64,000 bases of DNA from a virus (lineage: Duplodnaviria > Heunggongvirae > Uroviricota > Caudoviricetes): the IMG/VR virus record IMGVR_UViG_638275541_000001. One strand, 5' to 3'. Shown here piece by piece: positions 51,117 through 60,790 of this stretch. How positions within the stretch are numbered: the first letter of the stretch is position 1; every line of letters starts with the position of its first letter. A program made the position numbers and the translations under genes. Below the pieces are notes generated by a model. That model did no database searches. It saw only the letters and a program-made list of their open reading frames with translations, and had not been told where the DNA came from.

Positions 51117-53465
51117 ATGGCAGATTACAAGTTGAGTGAATTAAACTCAATCGATACAATCCGTTCAGATGACCTTCTTCATGTCAGGGTTAAAAAGAGA
51201 CCTGAAATGCTTGGTGATGAAGACCGTCGAATGACCTATCAAGATTTCTTAGCGTCTTTTAAGCTTGAAAGATTTGTTCAGATTGCTGGTAGCACTATGA
51301 CTGGTGACTTAGGGATTGTTAAGTTACTTTATGGTGGTAAGGCAGTCTTTGACCCTACAGGCTCTTCTGAGATTACTATGGGGGATGTTTTAAAGACTTT
51401 TAAAATTAATGCAAATGGTCTTAAACTAACTATTGCAGATGCTTCAAGGTCTGCAACTGTTTATCATACTCTTAATAAGCCAAGTCCTAATGAGCTTGGG
51501 ATGAGAACTAATGAAGAGAATGATGCAAGATATGCAAGGCTTGCTGTCACAAACACATTCTCTGGGACTCAGAACATTCAAGGTGATGTTAACTTACTTC
51601 GCCTTAGAAACCAAAATGCAAATAATGCACAATATATTGAAGGTGTAGACCTAGATGGCTCGGCTAGATGGTTGGTTGGTATTAGTAAAAATGGTTCTGA
51701 TGCAGTGCAGTTGTACAATAATAAATATGACTCAGCTTTGACTATTGCAAGTAATATCTCTGTTAATAAGTCTTTAGCAATCACTGGTCAAGTCCAACCT
51801 TCGGATTTCTCTAACTTAGATGCTAGATACTTTACTCAGACAGTTGCTAATCAGAGGTTTGCACAGTTAGCTGCTAATAATAATTTCACGGGCACTAACA
51901 CGTTTAGTAGAAATCTAACCATCATTAGTGACAGTGCTGCTTTAAGGTTGAAAAATGCAACATCTAGCTCACTATTCGTTCAGGGTGTTGACTCTCAGAA
52001 TACTAACAGGTGGTATGTAGGGAACGGGGATAACACAGCCTCTGTGCTGCTACACAACTATGTACACGGTTCAAATATCAGACTTGATAATGGTTATATC
52101 TCAGTCAACCAGAACTTCAGAATTACTGGTCAAGTCCAACCTTCGGATTTCTCTAACATTGACTCTAGGTATATTCCGGCAGCAACATTAAGTACAATTG
52201 CAAGAACTAATGCACAAAATACTTTTAATGGTGCGCAAACAGTTGTTAGTGATGGCGAAGGTTTAGTTATTAAAAACTCTACTCAGAATAGGCCATTGTA
52301 TATTCGTGGTAAGGACGCTGCCAATGTATCAAGATGGTGGTTAGGTGTTGGTGACCCAAATTCTACTGATGTAGCCTTAAACAACAGCTTCTCTGGCACT
52401 CAGTTAATTTTAGGTAACTCATCTGCAAGTATCAATAAGACATTAACCCTAGCAGGGCAGATTCAACCTTCAGATTTCTCTAACTTAGATGCTAGATATT
52501 ACACGCAATCTACCGCAAACTCTAGGTATATGCTTGCTTATTCTTCTGGCACTGGTACAGAGGTAGGTGATAGTGATGGCATTGCTTGGAATGCTAAAAC
52601 TGGTCTGTATAATGTTACAGGTTATAGTGGAGGCTCAACACAGCTTGTTTTCCAAATGTATCAGGGTGCAAGCTCTACTCCCTCTGCTCAATTAAAATTC
52701 AACTACAGGAATGGGGGTTTTTGGTATAGGTCATCAAGGGATGGTTTTGGTTTTGAAGAGGACTTCACACAAATTTATACAGAGAAGTATAAACCAACTC
52801 CTTCAGCTATTGGTGCATACACTAAAGCAGAGACTGACCAGAAGATTGCAGAAGCGATTAGTGACTCTACAGACCTGAATAAAATCTATCCAGTAGGGAT
52901 TGTGACATGGTTTAACAGTAATGTTAACCCTAATACAGCACTCCCTGGGTTAACTTGGACGTATCTGAACAATGGTGTTGGTAGAACTATTAGAATTGCA
53001 GCAGCAAACGGTTCAGATGTTGCTACAACTGGTGGTTCAGATTCTGTAACGTTATCTGTTGGTAACTTACCTTCACACACTCATAGCTTCTCTGCGACTA
53101 CCTCTAGCTTTGACTACGGTACTAAAACCACTAATACTACTGGTGCTCACACCCACTCAGTGAGTGGTTCTACTAACAACACTGGTGCTCATACACATAC
53201 ATTTGGTGGTCGTTATGGTGGTGACTCTATCGGTGGTAAACATCGTGTTCATGTCTCAGGGACTGAACAGGTTTCCAGTGTAGCTGGTGACCACTCACAC
53301 ACTGTATATGGTACTGCTGCCTCTAACGGAAACCATGCTCACACAGTTGGTATTGGTGCTCACAGTCATACAGTTAGTGGTAACACTGGTGGTACAGGTT
53401 CTGGTTCAGCATTTAGTGTAACTAACCAGTTCTATAAGCTGATGGCTTGGGTAAGAACTGCTTAA
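51117..53465 (+). CDS. long tail fibre protein with triplicated internal repeat and shared HxH tip
   Basis: three ~110 aa repeats each containing ITGQVQPSDFSNLDARY; C-terminus homologous to 49900-51066. Confidence 0.6.
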   Translation: MADYKLSELNSIDTIRSDDLLHVRVKKRPEMLGDEDRRMTYQDFLASFKLERFVQIAGSTMTGDLGIVKLLYGGKAVFDPTGSSEITMGDVLKTFKINANGLKLTIADASRSATVYHTLNKPSPNELGMRTNEENDARYARLAVTNTFSGTQNIQGDVNLLRLRNQNANNAQYIEGVDLDGSARWLVGISKNGSDAVQLYNNKYDSALTIASNISVNKSLAITGQVQPSDFSNLDARYFTQTVANQRFAQLAANNNFTGTNTFSRNLTIISDSAALRLKNATSSSLFVQGVDSQNTNRWYVGNGDNTASVLLHNYVHGSNIRLDNGYISVNQNFRITGQVQPSDFSNIDSRYIPAATLSTIARTNAQNTFNGAQTVVSDGEGLVIKNSTQNRPLYIRGKDAANVSRWWLGVGDPNSTDVALNNSFSGTQLILGNSSASINKTLTLAGQIQPSDFSNLDARYYTQSTANSRYMLAYSSGTGTEVGDSDGIAWNAKTGLYNVTGYSGGSTQLVFQMYQGASSTPSAQLKFNYRNGGFWYRSSRDGFGFEEDFTQIYTEKYKPTPSAIGAYTKAETDQKIAEAISDSTDLNKIYPVGIVTWFNSNVNPNTALPGLTWTYLNNGVGRTIRIAAANGSDVATTGGSDSVTLSVGNLPSHTHSFSATTSSFDYGTKTTNTTGAHTHSVSGSTNNTGAHTHTFGGRYGGDSIGGKHRVHVSGTEQVSSVAGDHSHTVYGTAASNGNHAHTVGIGAHSHTVSGNTGGTGSGSAFSVTNQFYKLMAWVRTA

Positions 53466-53544
53466 TCCCTTATTGACTGATTGTTAAGATGGTGTTAATA
53501 TTCTTTATGGGTATTCTCACCATCTTGGCTGATGAGGTGATTAA

Positions 53545-53739
53545 ATGCCTACAATCCTAGCAATTCTCCTAAAAAATCTAGGTAGCTTCTTCTGGAAACT
53601 CATTTTATCCCTTCTAAGTGAATACATGATTGAGAAAGTGTTCTTTAAGCTTGCAAGATACCTTGCGGGTAAGACAGACACACCTATTGATGATGAGTTC
53701 GTAGATAACTTAGAAAAAGCTTTTAAGGGGGAGAAATAA
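53545..53739 (+). CDS. small membrane protein (holin-like candidate)
   Basis: 64 aa, one hydrophobic helix, charged C-terminus. Confidence 0.3.
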   Translation: MPTILAILLKNLGSFFWKLILSLLSEYMIEKVFFKLARYLAGKTDTPIDDEFVDNLEKAFKGEK

Positions 53740-54105
53740 ATGAAGTGGCTAGAGGAAGCTTTTAAAAATAATATTGGTGCAATTGTTGTTGGTATTTTTA
53801 GTGTTATTGGGATGTATACCACGATGCAAGTTTCAAGTGGTAAGCAAGAAGTGTCTGTCACAACAAAGTTACAGCAGCTAGATAATTATTCCAAAAGTAA
53901 CTATTCAGCTATTCGTGATTTACAGTCTGACATGAGACTGATTCAGCTAGGGATGGAGAACCAGAAAGTTCAGTTAGAGAATGTTAAGGGTGAAAACGCA
54001 AAACTTACCAAAACCCTTGATAAATTCTCTGACAGTGTAAATAATCTGGCTCAATCAGTATCAGCCCTCCAAGCTATTACTGAGAAGAACACAAAAGAAC
54101 ACTGA
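53740..54105 (+). CDS. membrane-anchored coiled-coil protein
   Basis: N-terminal TM (IGAIVVGIFSVIGMY) then coiled-coil. Confidence 0.35.
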   Translation: MKWLEEAFKNNIGAIVVGIFSVIGMYTTMQVSSGKQEVSVTTKLQQLDNYSKSNYSAIRDLQSDMRLIQLGMENQKVQLENVKGENAKLTKTLDKFSDSVNNLAQSVSALQAITEKNTKEH

Positions 54106-54118
54106 AAATAAAATTTTA

Positions 54119-54145
54119 AGGCTCCTTTTTACGGGAGCCTTTTTG
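54119..54145. terminator. bidirectional rho-independent terminator between convergent blocks
   Basis: GGCTCC-TTTTTAC-GGGAGCC flanked by A-run upstream and T-run downstream. Confidence 0.7.
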
Positions 54146-54147
54146 TT

Positions 54148-55047
54148 TTACTTACCTACTGACAAAGGTGCTTCAATCTTCCCTGCGTGTTTGTAGTTGT
54201 TAATACCACCAATAAAATCACTCGCAGTAAGGTGTTTTAGGTCACTTAGCGTGTTAAGTGGTAGACCAATCTCAAAAGTTGGTGCATGGAACTCTTCATT
54301 ATTCATCAATTCATAAACCTGCTTCATATGGTTCTGATAAATCTGAGTATCCCCAAAGACACCTATCAAGTATCGTGGAGTGTACCCAGTCATCTTGCAA
54401 AGTACTTCCAGAATAAAACCATAAGATGCAATGTTAAACGGAAGTCCTAAAAAGGTGTCTACAGAACGCTGATACCATTGTAAGTCAACTTCACCTTCGT
54501 TAGTGATATAAATCTGAAACATAACATGACAAGGTGCTAAAGCCATTGAGTTAGCTGCAATATCTGCTGCATTCCAAGCATTGACAAGCATGTAACGGTC
54601 TGTGATATCACCTTTCATCTTCGTTACTAAGGTTTCTAACTGGTCTACAACACAACCATTATGACCTTCAAAGTTTCTCCACTGAACTCCGTAGATTCTT
54701 CCACCTGCATCTTCTAACCAGTCTTGTTCAGAAGAATAATTAGAGCTTAACCAGCGTTTAAAATCATCTGACCAGATAGTCCAGCGTTCCCCATCATTTT
54801 CACCCCAAGTACGGTAACGGAGTTCACTAAGTTTATTCTCACCATTCAGGAACCATAAAGCTTCCCCAATAACTTGCCGTGTAAACACCTGTTTAGATGT
54901 TAAGAGTGGAAAACCAGTACGCATATCAAAACGAAATTGTGGTGGAGCAAATGCAGAGATAACATCTCCAGTTCGTGTAGTACGTAGTTCACCAACGGAT
55001 AAAACATGGTTCAGGATATTTTTGTAACTCAAATCAGCTTGTGACAT
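54148..55047 (-). CDS. thyA: thymidylate synthase
   Basis: ALAPCHVMFQ active-site Cys block, QRSVDTFLGLPFNIASY and GDTQIYQNH motifs. Confidence 0.85.
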   Translation of the reverse strand: MSQADLSYKNILNHVLSVGELRTTRTGDVISAFAPPQFRFDMRTGFPLLTSKQVFTRQVIGEALWFLNGENKLSELRYRTWGENDGERWTIWSDDFKRWLSSNYSSEQDWLEDAGGRIYGVQWRNFEGHNGCVVDQLETLVTKMKGDITDRYMLVNAWNAADIAANSMALAPCHVMFQIYITNEGEVDLQWYQRSVDTFLGLPFNIASYGFILEVLCKMTGYTPRYLIGVFGDTQIYQNHMKQVYELMNNEEFHAPTFEIGLPLNTLSDLKHLTASDFIGGINNYKHAGKIEAPLSVGK

Positions 55048-55048
55048 A

Positions 55049-55594
55049 TCAAAAGTGTCCTTTTACTTGTGGAACATAAATTTCAAAGGTTGCTTTACCA
55101 TCTACTGATGGTTTTGACTGAATCTTAGCGAAAATTTGACGGTCATGCAACTTATCAAAGAAATTCTCAAAAGGTAGATGCACAGTTGCCTCTTCAGTCA
55201 CTTCATGAAAAACTGTATGGAACACTACATCAGCATACGGTAAAGCACTGACAAGAATACCTACACCACCAATTACGAAGACGTCTTCTTCAATATTACT
55301 ATCAAGATACTTTAAAAATGCTCCAAAAGAATCTTGATGAGCCTTAGCAAACATAACATCATCTTTGGTGAAGTCCATACCATAATAAGGCACAGAATTT
55401 GTTAAGATGAGGTTTGTACGTTCTGGTAAAGGTTTACTACCCAGAGTCTTAAAAGTTTCATTACCCATGACTACTAAGTTGTCTTTAGTGAGTCTCTTAA
55501 ACTCTTGCATATCCTGTTTATGTTGAGGCCACGGCATACCAGTTGGAGTACCAAACTCCCCATTTTCACCACTTGCAAAGATTAATTTAATCAT
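55049..55594 (-). CDS. frd: dihydrofolate reductase
   Basis: N-terminal IFASGENGEFG...MPW block and size (181 aa); adjacent to thyA. Confidence 0.7.
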   Translation of the reverse strand: MIKLIFASGENGEFGTPTGMPWPQHKQDMQEFKRLTKDNLVVMGNETFKTLGSKPLPERTNLILTNSVPYYGMDFTKDDVMFAKAHQDSFGAFLKYLDSNIEEDVFVIGGVGILVSALPYADVVFHTVFHEVTEEATVHLPFENFFDKLHDRQIFAKIQSKPSVDGKATFEIYVPQVKGHF

Positions 55595-55851
55595 TTTGTA
55601 AATCCTTTCTTAATGAACCAGTTGATAACATTCTTCACAGCTTTATTGCTATGGTAGATTAAGTGCGGTGTGGGTTGGTATGAACCATAAGCCCAGAATG
55701 ATAGCTGCTCACCACAACCAACACATGTCGTACTCTCTTCAGCTATATGACCATTAACAATCATATGAACTTCACCTTGCAAGTCTGTACACCCACAATG
55801 TGGACATCGGATAGGTGTTCCATCAGACTCATAGCAGTGTTCAATTTTCAT
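55591..55851 (-). CDS. zinc-ribbon protein
   Basis: CPHCGC...CVGCGE paired CxxC. Confidence 0.4.
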   Translation of the reverse strand: MKIEHCYESDGTPIRCPHCGCTDLQGEVHMIVNGHIAEESTTCVGCGEQLSFWAYGSYQPTPHLIYHSNKAVKNVINWFIKKGFTK

Positions 55852-56367
55852 TTACTTAACCTCAAAAACTGGCTCAAGAACCAATATAAAGTCTACACAG
55901 TCATCTTCTTCATCCAGAATACCATCAAAGTTCTTAGGAACGAAGTCGAAGAGGCTCATAACAAAACAGTCAGAAGTGACCCTGATAGTCCCTCCCATGT
56001 TCTCTACAGTTAACACTGTACGACTTTCTTTTACCTCCCTCAGAAGATTACTCACAAAGTCATCTAAGAAATACTTCATTAGTGACTTGAAACCTTTAGG
56101 GTAATCTGTACCAGAGTATGTTTCAATCTGTGGTACAAGCTTAACATTTATACTAGTCTTTGTTAAGAACGTTTTAGAGAACATACTATCAGGTAACTTA
56201 CAAACAGTCTTTCCAGTACCTTCATGTTCAATCTCAACAAAACCAGCTTCGTCGCCACATGTGACTATTTTAAAAGATGCTTCATTCTCATGCTGCGAAG
56301 CCATAAACTTTTTAAGCATCACTTTAAGGAAATCTGCATGAGCATCTTGTAAGTAGATATCAATCAT
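55852..56367 (-). CDS. hypothetical protein
   Basis: ORF in array. Confidence 0.4.
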   Translation of the reverse strand: MIDIYLQDAHADFLKVMLKKFMASQHENEASFKIVTCGDEAGFVEIEHEGTGKTVCKLPDSMFSKTFLTKTSINVKLVPQIETYSGTDYPKGFKSLMKYFLDDFVSNLLREVKESRTVLTVENMGGTIRVTSDCFVMSLFDFVPKNFDGILDEEDDCVDFILVLEPVFEVK

Positions 56368-56380
56368 AGTTAATCACCTA

Positions 56381-56740
56381 TTATGGGAACAGACACTTGA
56401 TGTCATCGTTTTTAAAAACAAAACTTGTGTAGTTGTGACCATCAACATCCAGCCAAACAGCCTGAACATCTACACCATCAAGATTGTGGTAAAGCTCTTT
56501 GATGAAGTGGTCTTTCACAATCTGACTGCTAGTTGTTTCTAGCTTAATGTTTGAGATTGCTGAACCTACAGCCATATAACCCATGACACGTTTCTTCTCA
56601 GTATGCTTAATCTTACCATCTTTGTAAGCCATAATGAGATTGGAAAGAATCTTCACACCATAATACTTCTCAAGGTGAGTAGGTACGCCATAAAAACCTA
56701 ATGCGAAGTTTTCAAAGTGGATAATGTTTTCACGTTTCAT
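56381..56740 (-). CDS. hypothetical protein
   Basis: ORF in array. Confidence 0.4.
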   Translation of the reverse strand: MKRENIIHFENFALGFYGVPTHLEKYYGVKILSNLIMAYKDGKIKHTEKKRVMGYMAVGSAISNIKLETTSSQIVKDHFIKELYHNLDGVDVQAVWLDVDGHNYTSFVFKNDDIKCLFP

Positions 56741-56741
56741 A

Positions 56742-57071
56742 TTAATCTGCCAACCTTAAATTGAAATTAACACCAAATTTTTCACACACTCCCAACATAT
56801 ACTCAAGGGAAACATTCCCAGTGAGGTGGATTATGTTGGATACACGAGCCTGAGAGATACCGCAAATTTTAGCAACTTGTTCTTGAGAAAGACCTCTGGA
56901 TTTAATCTCTCTCTTAAAACGATGTGCAACGAAGTCTCTCATTTCGTCTACATCCATTGGACAAATATAACTCTCCATTTCAGCCTCTCTATCAGCCTCC
57001 CAATCATCTTGTGGGGCATAAGGGTCAAAAACATCATTCATCTTTCTTCTTCCGTTTGCGTGAAGTGTCAA
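56742..57071 (-). CDS. HTH DNA-binding protein
   Basis: LSQEQVAKICGISQARVSNI helix-turn-helix. Confidence 0.45.
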   Translation of the reverse strand: MTLHANGRRKMNDVFDPYAPQDDWEADREAEMESYICPMDVDEMRDFVAHRFKREIKSRGLSQEQVAKICGISQARVSNIIHLTGNVSLEYMLGVCEKFGVNFNLRLAD

Positions 57072-57246
57072 TCAATGAATCTATGTTTGTAGCCCTAACC
57101 TTTTCACGTTCATCGTTAAGATAATCATCAAGAACCTTTTCAATCTGTGAATCATCTTGACAGATAACTGTAAAGACTGTAAAGCCGTCTGTATCATCAA
57201 TTATCTTACCATAACCGCTTCTGGGATGTAACTTTTTAAGAGCCAT
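57034..57246 (-). CDS. hypothetical protein
   Basis: 70 aa ORF overlapping neighbour. Confidence 0.3.
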   Translation of the reverse strand: MALKKLHPRSGYGKIIDDTDGFTVFTVICQDDSQIEKVLDDYLNDEREKVRATNIDSLIDTSRKRKKKDE

Positions 57247-57247
57247 A

Positions 57248-57631
57248 TCAAATACCTGTGCAGCTTCTGTTTTCTAAGAAATACTCAACACCATACATAG
57301 CTTTTTGCATCAAATCTTCTTTAAACTGGATACGATGGTTGAGCATAGCCTGTACATCAATATCATCATGGTGCTTCTCTTTAATATTTGCAGATTGCAG
57401 GAAATACTCTGCAAGAACGCGATACTGATAGTCAGTTACCTTATCAGTCATCTCTGTTAAAGACTCTTCAGAGATTGGTTTCAGTAGCTCACCATTAGCT
57501 AGAGCAACACCTTTAACAATCTGGCAAGTGTCTTCTGGAACACCTGATAAGTCCACATTTGGAAGTTCTGTTGCATTGACTGGTAAATTCATTGCCATAA
57601 CCATTGCAGCAGCTAATAAAATCTTTTTCAT
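57248..57631 (-). CDS. secreted/periplasmic protein
   Basis: signal peptide MKKILLAAAMVMAMNLPVNA. Confidence 0.45.
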   Translation of the reverse strand: MKKILLAAAMVMAMNLPVNATELPNVDLSGVPEDTCQIVKGVALANGELLKPISEESLTEMTDKVTDYQYRVLAEYFLQSANIKEKHHDDIDVQAMLNHRIQFKEDLMQKAMYGVEYFLENRSCTGI

Positions 57632-57670
57632 AATGACCTCAAAGTTATATTAAATTTTGTATTACATTGA

Positions 57671-57721
57671 GTATAAAAATAAGCTATAACACCTGACTTG
57701 TCAACAGATTTTATAGCTTAT
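57671..57721 (-). terminator. hairpin terminator (minus strand) downstream of ligase
   Basis: 11 bp inverted repeat ATAAGCTATAA/TTATAGCTTAT followed on minus strand by T-run. Confidence 0.5.
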
Positions 57722-57913
57722 TTGGCAGATTTTTTATAAGGCTACTGCCATCCTTCCATACCAGACTACGCCATGCCAGACCAGACTTCACATCACCTTA
57801 CCGTGCAATACATCGCTTAAAACCCTCTTAGAAGACTCTTAAGTGATGCTGGTGAGTACCCGTTGGTTCATGCTGCTCAGCATACTCACCAAATTTTCTA
57901 TGTCAACAACTTT

Positions 57914-59014
57914 TTATTCGTAATCTCGAATAACTAGCCCAACAGGGAACTGTAAAGACCCCTTACGAGTCATCTTCTGGAACTGAACCGTCAAAGGTTT
58001 CCCGATAAACTCTTCAGGATGCTCAGCAAGATACTGTTTCTTCTCATGAGTAGTCTTCCATGAGACATCTACAAAGACGTTAGGAAGAGTCTCTACAACG
58101 AACTTACCATGACCACGTTTATCGGTCTTGACACCAGTCACTTTAAACTCTTCAGTGTGCATCTTCTTGTGCTTAATCAAGAAGTATGAACGGTGACAAC
58201 ACTCATAGAAGGAGTCTTCAGAGATTGAACGGTACATTGCACCTTCAAACTTAGCTTCAACCCACTTATCATGGGCTTCGTCAAACTCTTCCCAAGAATT
58301 TACACGGATAGTCTGTACAGGAACCACTCTACAGGTATCACCAAGCCCAACAATGGGTGAGTTATCAATAACTTCACGACGCTCAGGCCAAGATTTTGAA
58401 TTGTCACAGATATCATACCAGTAGAATTTAAGAAGGTGACGGTCTGGATTGTCAGCATTCTTAATCATAGATACAATATCTTCTAAGTCCCAACCATGAG
58501 CATAAATCTCTCCATCAAAGTCTTCAACTTGTGGATGTAATTTAAGCAACAAAAGTAAATCTGGAATTAGTTCTGCTGGAACGTTGTAAACAGTATTCTC
58601 ACGAGAATAAGCTGTGAAACCGACTGAATCAGCATCTCTTGAAATTCTACAACGGACACCATCAAGTTTTGGTTGAGCATCAGCAGGGAACTTCAGATAC
58701 TTTGCATGGCTAACCTTTGCAGCATCATGAGCAAGCTGTACACCTACCTTCTCAGTATTCTGTGCAGACTCTTTTGTGTAAGCGTAACCTTTACGGTCTA
58801 CTTGTTTCTTGTACTTAGCAGAAACTTCAAAGAGAGCTTGCTGTTCAGCGTTACGCTCATTCTTTTTACCGATGTTCTTAGGCTCTGCTGTGTACTCTTC
58901 AAACATCATCTTGCCATTTTCTTTACCGTAGGTTGTGATAACTTTGTCACCTACAGCAACGCATGACCAGACGTTGAAGGAACCATCTTTATTTTGTTTG
59001 TATAGGATTGTCAT
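57914..59014 (-). CDS. ATP-dependent DNA ligase
   Basis: adenylation motif KLDGVR (KxDG); start set at internal ATG (track ORF to 59050). Confidence 0.65.
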   Translation of the reverse strand: MTILYKQNKDGSFNVWSCVAVGDKVITTYGKENGKMMFEEYTAEPKNIGKKNERNAEQQALFEVSAKYKKQVDRKGYAYTKESAQNTEKVGVQLAHDAAKVSHAKYLKFPADAQPKLDGVRCRISRDADSVGFTAYSRENTVYNVPAELIPDLLLLLKLHPQVEDFDGEIYAHGWDLEDIVSMIKNADNPDRHLLKFYWYDICDNSKSWPERREVIDNSPIVGLGDTCRVVPVQTIRVNSWEEFDEAHDKWVEAKFEGAMYRSISEDSFYECCHRSYFLIKHKKMHTEEFKVTGVKTDKRGHGKFVVETLPNVFVDVSWKTTHEKKQYLAEHPEEFIGKPLTVQFQKMTRKGSLQFPVGLVIRDYE

Positions 59015-59207
59015 TTTTAACCTCTGAGTGATACCAAGTATTGCAAGCATTACATGCGTAAAGCTCTAAGTCATTTTTATCTGGTTTATGGAAACAGTTT
59101 GACCCACAACGACACCGGAATAGCTTACCATCAACACGAAGAATGAATGTTTCAAGCTCACCATCTTCTGTAAGAACTGCGTTCTTAAATTTATCTTCTA
59201 CAGTCAT
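58989..59207 (-). CDS. zinc-ribbon protein
   Basis: CRCGSNC...CNACNTW. Confidence 0.4.
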   Translation of the reverse strand: MTVEDKFKNAVLTEDGELETFILRVDGKLFRCRCGSNCFHKPDKNDLELYACNACNTWYHSEVKNDNPIQTK

Positions 59208-59410
59208 TTTCTCTTACCACCAATCTCTACGTCGATAACTTGAACATCACCAGCAACATCAAACTTATGAATGATGCTCTCAACAGTGTAAGTCCAACCA
59301 TCAATGCGAACCAACTCACCTTCTCGTGGGACGATTGGATTACGTTGAGCTATGGTTGTAGTGGAGTGAACAACATCATAACGGTAGATATAGTTTACTA
59401 GGACTTCCAT
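59204..59410 (-). CDS. hypothetical protein
   Basis: start trimmed to internal ATG to avoid 89 nt overlap. Confidence 0.3.
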   Translation of the reverse strand: MEVLVNYIYRYDVVHSTTTIAQRNPIVPREGELVRIDGWTYTVESIIHKFDVAGDVQVIDVEIGGKRK

Positions 59411-59420
59411 CGTGAAAACC

Positions 59421-59678
59421 TCACTCAATAACCGTAGTATGTGATTGACCATTTTTGCCGTAGCTATAAGATGTTGTTGTTTGAGAGTTTGGACATCTGA
59501 CAACAACAATATCCCTACTTATAGCGTCACCATTGAGTTTGTAGATTTTGCAGTCTTGCATCTCTGGAGGGAGGCTATAAGAGGCGTCTTTGTTTTCATA
59601 AGATGGGTTACAGCCAGCCAGAAAAATTACTCCAAGTGCAACCATTGCTTTCACACAACTCTTAACCTTATTGTTCAC
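59421..59678 (-). CDS. lipoprotein
   Basis: signal peptide with lipobox LAGC. Confidence 0.45.
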   Translation of the reverse strand: MNNKVKSCVKAMVALGVIFLAGCNPSYENKDASYSLPPEMQDCKIYKLNGDAISRDIVVVRCPNSQTTTSYSYGKNGQSHTTVIE

Positions 59679-59810
59679 GATAGTCTACCTCTCTGTATGT
59701 TTTTAAATAGTGAGTGATGAGTTCTGGTAATTCACTACGTTTAACGTTTGAACGAAGAAGTGTCCAGTCAAAACCTTTACCAACCCTTCCCCAGAGACTG
59801 TACATTTTCT

Positions 59811-60044
59811 TCATAGCAACTCCAGAATATCAATACGTTCACCTTTGAGTACTCCAGTACGGTCTCTTGCAATCTTACCATCAACAATAAGAATGTGCGC
59901 AGACTTTAAAGAGTCACCATTAAAACCTTTTACGAACTTACTAGGCATCACTACAATGGACATCTCCTGAATCAACTCTGGAGTATAGCAATTGTCGTGA
60001 AGTTGCTGAATAACGTCTGAAAGTGTCATTTTTGATGTCTCCAA
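59811..60044 (-). CDS. hypothetical protein
   Basis: ORF in array. Confidence 0.35.
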   Translation of the reverse strand: METSKMTLSDVIQQLHDNCYTPELIQEMSIVVMPSKFVKGFNGDSLKSAHILIVDGKIARDRTGVLKGERIDILELL

Positions 60045-60235
60045 TACTCAATGTCAATAAGTTCTTGTGCAATGCTTTTCAGATTACCTTTCAAGAAAAC
60101 CTTCTCAGAACCTGAAAGAGATGAATTGTCAATTAACCTGTTCATCCTCTCAAACAACTTCTGCTTACGGTTCTTGATAGTTTCCTTTGAAGCACCTTTC
60201 ATCATTGCTGCATGGGTTCTTCCACGGTGGCTCAT
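60026..60235 (-). CDS. hypothetical protein
   Basis: ORF in array. Confidence 0.35.
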   Translation of the reverse strand: MSHRGRTHAAMMKGASKETIKNRKQKLFERMNRLIDNSSLSGSEKVFLKGNLKSIAQELIDIEYWRHQK

Positions 60236-60286
60236 AAGCCCTCCTATACAAGATATAGTATAAGGTACTCTTCCCTGAGCACCTTG

Positions 60287-60790
60287 TCAACTTAGTTTTG
60301 CAAACTCTCCGTGGAGTTTAATAGCAGCTTCACAGTAAGCTTTATGGGCTTCTTCAGGTGTGTCAAATAAACCAAGTGATGTCCTTTTACCTCTGCATGT
60401 TATAGCTGCCCTCCACTTATTGCAGTCTTTAAAGTAATGTACACCCTTGTAACCTGATTTGTTAGTCGTCTGCTTTATTCTATTTTGAGCATTTCCGTAT
60501 TTATCAGTCTCCCTAAGATTAGAAATGTGATTATTACTTCTGTTACCATCAATGTGGTCTATCATCTTAGTGGGTTTGTAACCATGTTCAAACCACCAAA
60601 CGAGGTGATGAATTTTTATTACGACATCTTTGAATTTAAGTACTTTGTAACCGTAAGCATCAGCACCTCCTGCAATCTGCCCAGCTTTAGCTTGTCTATT
60701 CCTGTCATACTTGTTGTAGAAGACCCCTTTGTCGGGGTCGTAAATAAAATTATCCTTGTAATCTTGAAGTGTTAGTGTACGGCGTACCAT
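60287..60790 (-). CDS. HNH-AP2 homing endonuclease
   Basis: HHLVWWFEHG...IDHIDGNRSNNHISNL HNH block plus YKGVHY...WRA AP2-like DNA-binding segment; overlaps 3' end of polymerase gene. Confidence 0.65.
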   Translation of the reverse strand: MVRRTLTLQDYKDNFIYDPDKGVFYNKYDRNRQAKAGQIAGGADAYGYKVLKFKDVVIKIHHLVWWFEHGYKPTKMIDHIDGNRSNNHISNLRETDKYGNAQNRIKQTTNKSGYKGVHYFKDCNKWRAAITCRGKRTSLGLFDTPEEAHKAYCEAAIKLHGEFAKLS

